A DNA stretch of 64,000 nucleotides from Octopus sinensis (GCF_006345805.1 NC_043005.1:75764001-75828000); one strand, 5' to 3'. Positions 26,346 to 40,882 are shown, numbered from the stretch's first letter. Made by a program: numbers and translations. Notes: generated by a model not told the origin, from the letters alone.

Positions 26346-26399
<54 letters not shown>

Positions 26400-26403
<4 letters not shown>

Positions 26404-26920
26404 GTTTGACTTTTGCTTTACATTTGTACAAGTTGGCTCCAAGTCTCACCCAGAGACCTCAAGAGACAACAGGTTGGAAGTTCATGTTGTTGTTATGCCT
26501 AGTGTGCCATATATTTGGTTTTGTATTTAGTATTTTACTTGTGAATGTCTAAAAAAACCATACGAATATTATGTTTGTTTTAAAACTTGAGATTACATAG
26601 AAAGTATTTTGCGTAGGATATGAGCAGTTCCCATGAGCACTATCCTTTGAATTTCTGCCATTTTGGAGTTTCCTGGTATCTGAGTTAGGTAGCAATCAGC
26701 CCCTTTTGCTATCATTCTCAGGGCACCTATGACAACAGGTATTGTTTTAGTCTTCAGGTTCCACATTTTGCTGATTTCTATTTCAAGATCTTTATATTTG
26801 CTCAGTTTTTGGTAGGTCTTGACAGATATGTTTATATCGATTGGGACAGTCATATCAATGAGGAGGCATGTTCTTTGTCTGAAGTCTTTCAATATGATGT
26901 CTGGCCTATTTGCATCTATT
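26400..26920 (-). mobile_element. 5'-truncated R4/Dong-like non-LTR element (restriction-like endonuclease C-terminus) inside (TAA)n
   Basis: NRPDIILKD..LIDMTVP..KLSKYKDL..MW..IPVVIGAL; (TTA)n on both flanks. Confidence 0.8.
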
Positions 26921-26932
26921 TTATTATTATTA

Positions 26933-26990
<58 letters not shown>

Positions 26991-28191
26991 CATTATTATT
27001 ATTATTATTATTATTACTATTAAGGTGGAAAGCTGGCAGAATCTTTACTATTTCAGACAAAATGCTTAGTGGAATTTCTTTAAGTTCTGAGTTCAAAGTC
27101 TGCCTAGCTCAACTTTGACTTTTATCATTTGGCGATTGGTAAAATTGAGCACCAAGTGAGCACTGGGCTCAATGCAATCAAGTTACATCCTCCTTTAAAA
27201 TTGCTGGCCTTGTGCCAAAATTTGAAACCATTACTGTTGTTGTTGTGTAGTGTAGGAGATGGAAAGGGCTGAAGAGAAGTACACTCCACTTTGGCCAAGC
27301 CCTTATCAATGTTTTCAGGCTTCACTTGAAAAGTAAAGTGTTGAAAGGTTGATGGCAGTGGCAAGCATGACCCTAGTGAATTGACCTGTTCTGAGCCTAC
27401 ACCTATAAATTGAGGGAGGAAGATAAGAAGACAGTCATCCTAGTGGTCAGGATGACTTTGGCTTTGTAGAGTTGCCATGGGTAGCACATAGAAGTTTTTG
27501 GTCATCAGTCTTTTTTAATTAGAACAAATCTACCTCTTAACAAACACTACAACTAAACTAGCCTTGTGTGTCATCCAAAGAAACACTTATGAGGAAGAGA
27601 GAAACAAAATTTGAAGCTCTAACATTGAATTTGACTGCAAAATGCTCGAGCATAAATGGGAGCTAGGATAATTGAGTTGTAGTTACTACTGTTCTTTATC
27701 CCCTATTCAAAGACAACCCAGCTCTTATCATTCAGCCTTCTATTTTTTCTTAGTTTATCTACGACTATGTTATTCAAAATATCTCTACAGGATATAATTT
27801 AAGGGGTGTTGACTGGTATTTCTAGCAGATTGAATGACTGCAAAGAGGCTTTATTATTCATTTAACTGACACTTGTTGAGTAGTTGTCGTGTATCAAGGA
27901 AGTGCTGCTATTTACTGATCTTAACAGTGATAATGTAACCTTAGGATAGTTTTTTTTTTTTATCTTTCCCAGATTAATCATCAAAGACTGCAAACAGCCC
28001 CTGTCTCTGAGGCACCACAGAGCAGTGCATAGAAGTACAGCTGACACGACACCAACAGCCATATTTTTGTCACATCTGTTTTACTGATCTTAACTTTTAT
28101 CTCTACATGTAAAAATGATGATGATGATGATTTATTACATCTTATGCACTTCTAATATTGTAATAATAATAATAACAATAACAATGATAAT

Positions 28192-28508
28192 AACAAGAGC
28201 ACTCAGAGAGTGCAAGCCTCCACCAAGGCAACAACAACATCCTCTCAACAATTAGCCAGAGATGGGTTTTTTTTTAAATGAGAATATCTGAAATAAATCC
28301 GACTGCTCTCACAAACAAGAATACTAAAAATGAACCTGACCGCTCTCAAAAATTAAGTAAAAAAGCAAGAAAATAATACAGAATCCTTGTCTGGTACTGG
28401 ATCAATCAGTTTGTGCCAGTCATGAGTCCAAACATCCTTGGAAGTTTCACCCAAATCCATCCAGCAGTTCTTGAGGTCTCACCTCCACCTTTGCTAAGGC
28501 AGAGGCAA
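28192..28508 (+). mobile_element. Non-autonomous Helentron/DINE-like element
   Basis: Starts aacaagagcactcagagagtgcaagcctccaccaagg; internal aagtttcacccaaatccatcc; ends with a cctccacctt..aaggcagagg hairpin related to the 5' subterminal motif. Confidence 0.6.
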
Positions 28509-29194
28509 CAATGACAATCATAATGATGATGATAATAATAATAATATAATAATAATAATAATAATAATAATCATAATAATAACTATTATTTCTCACAAGG
28601 TCAGCAGTTTTGAGGGTTAAGGGCAAGACAATTACATCGACCCCAGTACTTGACTGATACTCTATTTTATTGAATGGGGGTGCGTTTTGCTCGTATATAT
28701 ATATATATATATATACATACACATATATATGTATATGTATGTATATGTATGTATATATTCTCCCTTCATCATCACCCCTCCCTTGTTACCCGACCCTTGC
28801 TTCCCCCTACCCCTAACACCACCACACCATATACCACCACACCACACATCACCACACCACACACCACCACACCACCATACCACACCACGTCACACTTTCC
28901 ACACACACTAGCACTGACCACTTCCCAGCACCCACACCAGCACAACACACTAGCACTGACCCCTTCCCAACATCTACACCATCATCCACATACCTACACA
29001 TGCACACACTCACACATCCAGGTCACCAGCTCCCTTCTACATGCACATACACGCTCTCACATACACACGTACGCACACCTTCCTTTTGGAATCACCTCTA
29101 CTTTATTATCTCCCCTTCTTTTTAGCTCTGCTGTGCAACTCCTGCTAGCCATTAAACCATTTTCTATTTTCTCTCCCTGTTTATTTCTCTGTTC

Positions 29195-29230
29195 CTTTCT
29201 GTCGAAGAGCATAGGCTCGAAAAGTAAAAG
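29195..29230 (+). ncRNA. Minimal hammerhead-like motif, CUGUCGA variant
   Basis: cttt-CTGTCGA-a-GAGC atag GCTC-GAAA-agt-a-aaag. Confidence 0.6.
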
Positions 29231-29352
29231 ACTTTCTCACTTCTCAAGTGTTAAACTAATACATCTGTTTGTTGTTTATGCACCCGTCTCTGTCTTTGGT
29301 TTTTTTTTGTAAATTCTCACTATATATGTATTTACATATATATATATATATC

Positions 29353-30980
29353 AGGTAATGAAGGTTACAGAGAGGGTCATAGCCCAACTGATTAGGGAGA
29401 GAGTCAACTTGGACGAGATGCAGTTTGGTTTCATGCCAAGGAAAAGCACCACTGATGCCATATTTCTGGTGAGACAGCTGCAGGAAAAATACCTAGCCAA
29501 AGATAAGCCCCTGTACCTGGCTTTCGTTGACATGGAGAAAGCCTTTGACAGGGTCCCCCGATCCCTTATCTGGTGGTCAATGAGGAAACTAGGGATAGAT
29601 GAATGGCTGGTGAGAGCTGTGCAAGCCATGTACAGGGATGCCGTAAGTAAGGTTAGGGTTGGCAACATGTATACAGAAGAATTCAAGGTAGAGGTTGGGG
29701 TCCACCAGGGTTCAGTCCTCAGCCCCTCCTATTTATCATAGTCCTCCAGGTAATTACAGAGGAATTCAAGACAGGTTGCTCCTAGGAGCTCCTCTATGCT
29801 GACGACCTTGCTCTAATTGCTGAGTCACTATCAGAGCTGGAGGAGAAGTTCCAGGTGTGGAAGGAGGGATTAGAATCGAGGGGCCTTAGAGTCAACCTAG
29901 CTAAAACCAAAGTCCTAATAAGTAGGAATGTAGACAAACCACAAATGTCTTCAGGAAGATGGCCCTGCTCGATCTGTAGAAAAGGTGTAGGTAGAAACTC
30001 TATAAGATGTACCCAGTGTAAGCTATGGATACATAAGAGGTGCAGCAATGTCAAAGGAAGGCTAACTGGGAAGATAGTTTTTGTATGTGGCAGATGCTCA
30101 GCAATAAACTCTGAAAATCTGCAGAAAACAACTTCCGTCACTTTCCAGGGGGAAAAACTAGAAGTAGTTGATAGCTTCCATTATCTAGGTGACCAAGTTA
30201 TAGTGGGGGTGGGTGCGCTGAAAGTGTAACTGCTAGAGTAAGAATAGCCTGGGCAAAGTTCAGGGAGCTCTTACCTCTGCTGGTGACTAAAGGCCTCTCG
30301 CTCAGAGTAAAAGGCAGACTGTATGATGCATGTGTACGAACAGCCATGCTACATGGCAGTGAAACATGGGCCGTGACTGCTGAGGACATGCATAAGCTCA
30401 CAAGGAATGAAGCCAGTATGCTCCGATGGATGTGTAATGTCAGTGTGCATACTCGACAGAGCGTTAGTACCTTGAGAGAAATGTTGGACCTAAGAAGCAT
30501 CAGTTGTGGTGCTCAAGAGAGACGATTGCACTGGTATGGTCATGTGGCGTGAATGGATGAAGATAGGTGTGTGAAAAAGTGCCAATCCCTGGTGGTACGT
30601 AAAAAGCACTAACCGAATCGTGGCCGATGCCAGTGCCGCCTCGACTGGCTTCCGTGCCGGAGGCACGTAAAAAGCACCATCCGAATCGTGGCCGATGCCA
30701 GTGCTGCCTCGACTGGCTTCTGTGCCAGTGACACGTAAAATGCACCAATCCAACCGTGGCCATTGCCAGCCTCACCTGGCACCTGTGCAGGTGGCACGTA
30801 AAAAGCACCCACTACACTCACGGAGTGGTTGGCATTAGGAAGGGCATCCAGCTGTAGAAACACTGCCAGATAAGACTGGAGCCTGGTGCAGCCTTTTGGA
30901 TTCCCAGATCCCCGGTCGAACCGTCCAACCCATGCTAGCATGGAGAATGAACATTAAACGATAATGATGATGATGATGAT
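29353..30980 (+). mobile_element. 5'-truncated RTE-clade LINE (RT, PHD-like finger, 3' UTR repeats, (GAT)n tail), frameshifted
   Basis: QFGFMPRKSTTDAIF, FVDMEKAFDRVPR, GVHQGSVLSP, YADD; MLHGSETW; several frameshifts and stops. Confidence 0.9.
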
Positions 30981-31051
30981 AATATATATACATATACATA
31001 TGTATACACACACACACACACGCAGATATAGATATATACATATACACATAT

Positions 31052-31134
<83 letters not shown>

Positions 31135-31984
31135 GGTTTCACATTTTGGGGCAAAGTTAGCAATTTTGAGGGAGAGGATAAGTCAAGTACATCAAACCCC
31201 GTGATCAGCTGGTACTTACTTTATTGATGTTGAAAAGATGAAAGACATACATACATACATACATACATACATACATACATACATACATACATACATACAT
31301 ACATACATACATTCATACATATAGACACAAACATTCTTCTCTCTTATCTCTCTCACTGCATTTGTCTCTCTATCTTTCTTATGTCAACCTTGAGAATAAA
31401 TGTATTAAAACAAAAAAATGTAATTCCTGAAAAATGTGATGGCTGCAAGAGTATATATACTGCAAAATGGCTATATAGTAAACGAGAGCTAATTAGTTGT
31501 CATAACGACATCCAATAATCATTGATTAACAATGACTGAATAATAACGTGAGAGAAGAATAAGAAAATGAAGATGGGGATGAGAAAATATAGATATTTTG
31601 ATATTTTGTGATGCTGCTGAAAGAAAGATTCACACAGCGACTAAGTCAGCTGTATTAGTGATAACATGACACTTGGTCTAAATGTTGAGTTTTTACATGG
31701 GTCCTACAATTTCGTCTGACAGCTTTACATAGCAAGGGATATTTTGTCTGTACAAAACAGTGAAATAATTCATGAAGTCAATTTAATAATTCTTACAAGG
31801 TATAGTAGAGAGTGTTTTTCTTTTCTCATTTCTTATATCTAAACTAATGATAATGATGATAATAATAATAATACTAATAATAATATAATGATAATATAGA
31901 AATTGCTTTAGTTAATTGGATGAATAATTTTTGGAGCTGATATGCTTATATCTAAATTTCTTTGAGGTTTGAGATAAAAGAGAT

Positions 31985-32330
31985 GATTTGATGATGATGG
32001 AGGTGGTAGTAGAGGTAATGATGATGATGATAGTGGTGTTGGTGGTGGTGGTGGTGGTGATGGTGATGATGATGATGGTGGTGATGGTAGTGGTGGTGGT
32101 GGTGGTGGTGGTGGTGATGGTAGCAATAATAATGATGATGATGATGACAATGATGCTGGTGGGTGCTAGTAGTTGTGGTAATGGTGGTAGTGGTGTTGGT
32201 GGTGATAATAATTATGTCAACAATAACAACAGTGACACCAGTGATGGTGGTGGCAGTGGTGGCAGTGGTTGTGGTGGTGGTGGTGGTTGCTGATGGTGCT
32301 GCCTCTGTTGCTGGCAGTGGTAGCAGTAAT
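31985..32330. repeat. (GGT/GAT)n trinucleotide low-complexity tract
   Basis: Direct inspection. Confidence 0.9.
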
Positions 32331-32644
32331 AGTTCAATTTATCCTTTATAAGGAGCTAATTACTCCTATAACATTATTGGAGTAATAAACTGGTATTAAC
32401 ATAAAACCCTGATCCTCTTCACTCTTCCCTCTCCTCCTCTTCCACTTCCTTCTCATTTTAACAACTTCTTCTCCATACCAAAAACGTGCAGCCTTTATAT
32501 ACATCTTGAGCCAATGTCACCTCAATCTTAGGTTCAATCCCCACTGGCTGACATTTTGGGCACATATCTTTTAGCATAACTTTGGGTCAAACAATGATTT
32601 CTTAGCAAGATTTGGCAAATGGAAATATTGTGAAAGCCCGACAT

Positions 32645-33040
32645 GTGCAGGAGTGGCTGTGTGGTAAGTAGCTTGCTTACCAATCACATGGTTCCAGGTT
32701 CAGTCCCACTGCATTGTACCTTGGGCAAGTGTCTTCTACTATAGCCTCGGGCCGACCAAAGCCTTGTGAGTGGATTTGGTAGACAGAAATATATATATAT
32801 GTATATATATATATGTGTGAATGTATATGTTTGTGTGTCTGTGTTTGTCCCCCCAACATTGCTTGACACCCGATGCTGGTGTGTTTGGGTCCCCATCACT
32901 TAGCAGTTCGGCAAGAGAGACTGATAGAATAAGTACTAGGCTTACAAAGAATAAGTCCTGAGGTCGATTTGCTCGACTAAAGGCAGTGTTCCAGCATGGC
33001 CACAGTCAAATGACTGAAACAAATAAAAGAATAAAAGAAA
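32645..33040 (+). mobile_element. Family A tRNA-headed SINE
   Basis: gcaggagtggctgtgtggtaagtagcttgc...aaatgactgaaacaaataaaag. Confidence 0.85.
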
Positions 33041-34104
33041 AGAAAAAAAGAATGTATATATCTATATATGTTTGAAAGAGAGTGGTACACACTATATAAG
33101 TGATATTGGGGTACAAATATGTGCAGTATAATTACCAGCCATGACTACCTGTTTGATAAGAGTACAGCAGGCACATACTTCACAACACTTTGTGCACCTC
33201 ATGTATGTATGTATGTATGTCATTGTTCAGTTTTATTTCAATATTTCTTGCCAATAGAGAAAGAATCAGTTTCTAACCTAAATCCAAGGCTTCTTCATTG
33301 GAATTTCAGCATCAACAGCAGGGTATTTTTGTATGTATGTATGTATGTATGTATGTATGTATGTATGTATGTGTGCAGATTTGGATGTTCTGCTTTATGT
33401 ATGTATTCTCATGCATATAGTTGCATATCTAGACATGCTCATATATACTTAAATGATAAACTCCTGGAAAGTTTTACTGATTTTTACTGCTCCAGGGATG
33501 GATTGGATCTATATTCTTCATATCAGCTTTCTCCTTTCTGGTACATACGCATGTATGTATGTAATTGAATATGTATGCATGTATGTGTTTGTGTGTCTAT
33601 GTATGTATGGATATATGTATGTCTCTTTTATTTTTTATTATTATAAATCTTTCACTGAGGAAGGAGCCCGCTTCCAACAAAGGTACAAGGCTCCTTCTTC
33701 GGGATGTAGTTAACACAGACAAATTCATCTTTGGAACTTGAGAAAAGTCTTGCATATTTTTACTGTTTCACTCACAGATTGCACTTGTAATGCATGAATT
33801 AGCCGGCCGATTTCTCTTTCTGGAAATCCCAATGTATACATGTATGTATGTGTGTGTATGTATGTATGTATGTATGTATGTATGCATGCATGCTTGTATG
33901 TATGTATGTATGCATTTATTACAGGGCAAAGATATTCTGACATAAAACTTGCAGTCAAAACAGTTACCAGTCATCTTACGATGCTTGTCACTAGAACCTG
34001 CTATGGCCCCTGAAAGAGTGGCAAAAGTGTTGTACAAGCATTTGTCACTTAAATCCAGTGGGGTACAGATGTCTTACTTTTATATCATTTCTTTATCTTT
34101 TTTG

Positions 34105-34660
34105 TATGTTATAAAGTTGTTTGTGGGATATGGTTGGTGTGACACAGATGGACAGGATGAGGAATGAGGAGGCGCGAAGGCGAGCAGAAGTGAGAGAAAA
34201 TCTAACAACCAGAATGGATAGACGAATGTTGAGGTGGTTTGGCCACATGGAGAGGATGGATGAGGAGTGGATAGTATGGAGGGTAATGAAAGCAGAAGTG
34301 GTAGGTAGCAAAACCAGAAGCAGACCTTGGTTTGTGTGGATGGATGGAATGAGGAAAGCTTTGGTGGTTAGAGGTGTTGGAATGAGAGAGGCAAGAGAGT
34401 TTATAAATTACAGGAAAGCTTGGAGAGTGTTCGATATTGCTCAAAGGGGTATGGAACTAGCATGATGCAGTGGGGTTAAACCAGCATATGCTTTCGGGCC
34501 CCGCTGCTGATATTGAGGATTGCATTCTATAATGATGATGCCTTGACCCGAGCATAGAACGGGGCTCTTCTCTTTGAGCTGGGAAATTAATGGAATGCCT
34601 GGTGTGTGTCTTGTTGTGGTTACTGCCTCATAAAACAAAATGGAGAATAGGCCTGGGTAT
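34105..34660 (+). mobile_element. 3' fragment of a second RTE-like LINE family
   Basis: DRMRNEEARRR..LRWFGHMERM..RSRPWFVWMDG; homologous fragment at 20800-21000. Confidence 0.75.
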
Positions 34661-35508
34661 ATATAATTTTATAAAGTTTTCTGGTGGTGGATGCATGTCA
34701 TGAAAAATCTTATTCCTGTACCTGTAAGGATGAAAGTAAAGCAGAACAATCAGGCTGAATGTAAGATGGCTATCATCTGACTAGATGAGGCAATCATTCT
34801 GTATTTATATGTACATGTATGTTTTGTTGCATGCATGCATGGACATGAATATGTGCGAATATGAAGTTGTGTAACCTATGAATTAAGTTATTTGGCTCAT
34901 GATCATAATTTTGTAGGTTCAATTCTGACATGCTGTGTTGTTTCACATTGCTTTTGTCTATAAGGACCACTGAGAATGAGAACCACTCTCTCCCTCTTTC
35001 TCTCCCCTCTCTCTCTCTCCTTTCAACTGTGGCATCCTGAATGTGCTGTTGGGTTAAAGAATGGGATGGTTACAAATGTGAGTTTGTCTGTGTTAACTAC
35101 ATCACAATGATGGAGCCTTTGTATCTTTGTTGGAAACCGGCTCTCTCCTCAGTGGAAGACATATAATAATTTAAAAAATAGAAGAGACATCCATATGTGC
35201 ATACATGCATATATCCATCCATCCATCCATCCATCCATCCATACATACATACACATGTGCATACATACGTCAGGCATTGGGTTTGAACATATAGCATGCA
35301 TGTACATTTGTGTAGATCAGTAAAAGATAAACATAGAGAAAAGAAAAACCAATAAACTGGTATTTTGGACAAAAATATTTTCTGGCATTTCTTCCACCCA
35401 AATTGTGCAACACCCCTGCCAGCTGAAATGCAATGAATTTGTGATTGGTCTGTTGGAAATCAATAACCAATGATGCTTTCACTCACAAAATGTGGCTTAT
35501 AACAATGT

Positions 35509-36392
<884 letters not shown>

Positions 36393-37144
36393 AGTATGCG
36401 TACATGTACATTACAAAAGAAAAATATAGAAAGGACCGTCCAAAATATTTTTTGGCAAGTGAAATAGTAAATATGTAAATATGCCTTCACATAAAACAGA
36501 TAAAGCTGTTTGGCAAACATACTACATACATAATGTTTCAATTTATTATATTCAGAAATTTGGACATTATATTTCTATGCAGCATTATATCAGCCATTTG
36601 TATTATATATCTGTACATTTTCTGGTCATCTCTTTTGAATATGGCTGATCAATATATTTGATGTCCAGCCAAATTCCTCAGCTCTTGCGCTCAGCTTTTC
36701 TCATAAATATACAATATTATCTTATATTATCTTAACATGGTCATCATAGAGCTTAAGCTTTGCAGTTTGCTAAGTTTATAGACTGTTGGAATACTGGTGG
36801 ATACATGGTTGAGAGTTCCTATCTCATTGCTGGTACTGTGCTGTGTTAATAACCAAACAATGGACAGTATGGTGGAAAAAATTAGATAGCATGCATGACT
36901 GCAACTCATTGTATATGTTAACAAGGGGAGGTCATCCATAGTTGATTGGTTTGCTAGAAATGGCAACCAAATCTCCTTCGCGTCAAACCCCTGTTATTTT
37001 AAACAAGGATGAATATATTTGCATTGCGTACTCTTAAATACACTCATGGGAAAAGTTGTGAAATGTTATAGCTGGAATGCCTTTGGTTCTACGTTTGCTT
37101 AATCATGAATTTAAATAACATTCATAGATGCAACTGTAGCATCA

Positions 37145-37145
<1 letters not shown>

Positions 37146-37183
<38 letters not shown>

Positions 37184-37185
37184 TG

Positions 37186-37227
<42 letters not shown>

Positions 37228-37241
37228 TAATAATGATGATG

Positions 37242-37338
<97 letters not shown>

Positions 37339-37455
37339 CGATGACGATGACGATGACGATAACGATAACAATAACAATAACAACAATAATAATAATAATA
37401 ACAATAATAATAATGATAATAATAATAATTATAATAATAATAATAATAATAAATA
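37146..37455. repeat. (AAT/GAT)n microsatellite
   Basis: Direct inspection. Confidence 0.95.
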
Positions 37456-38800
37456 CCCTGATGCAGTACCAGGCAGTGGCTCTCATGGCTTCTGATCTTA
37501 ACTGATTGGAAGTGTTATCAGGTACATTGTTTTGTCTTGGTATAAAAGATGGGCTACAGCAAATATTCTGCTCAATACCACAGATTTGCTTGTCAGTTGT
37601 TTGACCTTAACCAGTTGACCATGTCCCTTAGTGGCTGACAATATGTGTATCTCTGATCATGAGCTGAAGTAGTTGGGGAGCATCATGTGTTGAGAGGGAT
37701 TTTTCAGGGTTTGAATAATTCACCTCTGGAAACATGGGTGTTTTGTTCAACGGCCTTAAACAAATGAAAAATCCAGATGATGAAGGAATATAATAACTGA
37801 TGAGCTGCTGCAAGACCAGTTCTACTTATGGCATTGGTTGGCTTGGGGTTAGAGTAAAAGAAAATTATACCAATTACTTGTATAATTACAGAGTTTTTCC
37901 TTACCTTACTGTTCTTAGTTCAAGTTCTCCCATAGCACAATCAAGACTGGAACTGTAACAGAAGTCTCACTGCGATCCAATCTGACTTATTCCATAATCA
38001 CTTACGCCAGAATAAACTTGATATGAATAAATCTTGATATAAATAAAACTTGATATGAATAAAACATCAGTTTCAAGCATAAATTTCGATATGATACAGG
38101 AACAGGAAAAAAATAAAATTGAAGAAGTGAAGAAACTCATAATACAACACGAATATGAATGATAAGAAAAAAAATGTTATTATATAATTTTTTTATGACA
38201 ATTTCCCATTAAAATCGCAATTTTATGATATTTTCTCATATTTTTGTCACGTCATAAAATGGTATTTCTGTACAATTCATTTACAATCTTCTCTCCTTGT
38301 AGAATTTACTATGCATAATATTTTCTTTTGTTAGTTACTTCTGAAACAAAAATTACAATGTAACTCAACCATAACTACAACTGTTGCTATAAGGATGACA
38401 AAAAATTTGATAGACTAAAACAGATGTTGGTATTGTGATTGTTGCTGTCATTGTTGTTGTTGTTGTTAACAAGCAGACTTGCGATTAAAGGCATTCCAGC
38501 CATGACAACATCTCCTTCTTTTTATGAAATATAAGTGCAGGCATGGCTATGCAGTACAAAGTTGACTTCCTAACTACACAATTTCATGTTCAGTCCTACT
38601 GTATGGCACCTTGGGAAAGTATCTTCTGATAGCCCTGGGTCATCATAGCCTTTGCAAATGGATACGCGCACACACACACAGACACACACACACACACACA
38701 TACATACATACATACATACATATAAATGTGACCAGCGTGTGTACCGTTGGCGATTTTTTTCTTCTCCGTCTTCCCTTCTCTGGATCTTTCCTTTTCCTAT

Positions 38801-38835
38801 GTTTCTGACGAAGAGCTCCGCTCGAAACGTTAAAC
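38801..38835 (+). ncRNA. Minimal type I hammerhead ribozyme with intact core (Penelope-type)
   Basis: gttt-CTGACGA-a-GAGC tcc GCTC-GAAA-CG-T-T-aaac: stem I gttt/aaac, stem II GAGC/GCTC, palindromic stem III ACGT, GUU cleavage triplet. Confidence 0.75.
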
Positions 38836-39369
38836 CCTCCTTCTTCCCTTCCTTCCTGAGCATCCAATAGTACTATATTTGTTCCACGTCCTTGCGTTGT
38901 TGTGTTTTCTCACACACACACATATGTATGTATGTGTATATGTATTTATGTGTGTGTGTGTGTGTGTGTGTGTTGTTAATGTTCTGTGGTTTGCATTTGT
39001 ATTTGTGTACCATTTCTCCGGTTTTTTTTCCCGTCCTTGTTTTTGTACACATTTACTGCTTTCTTCCAAGGAATCTAGTATTCTTAGCTTAGATCTTCCT
39101 TGGGGATGGCCAGATTGGAGCAGTCTCGAGTATAACCAGCCAAAACTGCAAAGATAATCTGGAACTTGACTGAAGAAAAAAACTCAGAGTGACCCATCCC
39201 TGTTTTCTCTTTACCCTTTTTGTATCATCCATGAGGATGTCTTGTTGTCACCTGTTGTGTTCTTGTCCTATTTTTTGTATTCTTTTTTATATCCATATAT
39301 CAGTGTATGTACACTTTAGTCTCTTATATATATATGTATGTATATATGTGTGTATATGTATATGTATAT

Positions 39370-39409
<40 letters not shown>

Positions 39410-39413
<4 letters not shown>

Positions 39414-39649
39414 TGTTATATTTTGGAATGGTCATTTTGCCAGTTTGGTGTTATTTTGCTTCAGTGTTATTTATTTTTTACATTAATCTTAATCTTATTT
39501 CGGCCAGAGTTCTTTTGTCACACTCCTGTGACCGCATCAGTGGTCCTTTGCTTTCTTCTTTCTTATTTGTGTCTCTCCTTACTAACTGTCAGCCATTTTG
39601 TATTTATTGGCTAAACTGGCAAAATGACCATTCCGAAATATAACAATAT
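39410..39649. repeat. Fold-back: ~37-bp inverted repeat in a (TA)n-flanked insert
   Basis: atattgttatattttggaatggtcattttgccagttt vs aaactggcaaaatgaccattccgaaatataacaatat (one mismatch). Confidence 0.9.
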
Positions 39650-39702
39650 CTGTTTCAACACACGACTTCACATAAAAAATCTTGCACAACAAATATATAA
39701 AC

Positions 39703-39750
<48 letters not shown>

Positions 39751-39753
39751 TGT

Positions 39754-39808
<55 letters not shown>

Positions 39809-40321
39809 CATTCATATGTAACAACAATAATTGATGAAGGAGACAGAAGATAGATTTAGCACTAGTCTCCTCCTTCCTTCCTTCCTTCTTTCCTTTGATT
39901 GTTTGTTTGTTTCTTCCTTTCTGTTTTTCTTCCTTCCTTTTCAGTACATTATGGGTAGGATTTTGTGCATCTGTGTTGCATCAATCTGTGCAGTTTGTGT
40001 CACGGCAGATACATGCATAAAGAAGGGGATGTCCTGCTAGATATATGGAGATGTCCTAGGCATGTTGTTTGAGCCTGCTGTATCTTGGTTATGACCGGCT
40101 ACAGTTGTCTGTGAGTGTATAACATAAAATCAAAATCATACAATCATAAAATATAGAGAGTAGAACCTATCAAAGAAAGATTACATCTAGGTTAATGAGG
40201 AGGGGCATGCACTCCCACCCAGTCATGAAAACACACTCACACAGGTATACACACACACACGCACGAACATACATACATACACACATATACACACGCATGC
40301 CTTAAATCAAAGACCACTAAC

Positions 40322-40837
40322 GACATTGATGACAACGACAATGATAACGATGATGACAATAGTGATAATGATCACAACAGCGATGACAATGATGACGGCA
40401 ATAATGATGATGACGACAATAACAACGATGACAATGATGACGATGATGATGACGACGATGACAACGATGACGACAACGACGACGATGATGATGATGATGA
40501 TGATGACGATGATGATGATGATGATGACGATGATGATGGTGATGATGATGGAGACAACGACGACAATGATGATGATGATGACAATGATGATGATGATGAC
40601 GACGACGACAATGACGATGATGATGATGATGGTGACAATGATGATGATGATGATGATAATGATGATGACGACGACGACAATGACGATGATGATGATGATG
40701 GTAACAATGATGATGATGATGATGGTGATGGTAGTGGTGACAATGATGATGATGACGATGATGATGGTGGGAATGATGATGATGATGATGACGGCAACGA
40801 CGACGACGATGATGATAAAGATGATAATGATGGTGAC

Positions 40838-40882
<45 letters not shown>

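Noticed and set aside
27433-27457. 9-bp hairpin near GGCAAC as part of an HDV-like ribozyme
   Set aside because: The nested double pseudoknot could not be built by hand
37797-37830. CTGATGA as a hammerhead core
   Set aside because: No stem II-GAAA follows
39092-39156. Hammerhead-like layout (tgggga-tggc..gcc-aaaa-ctgca)
   Set aside because: Too many core deviations to support from this copy alone
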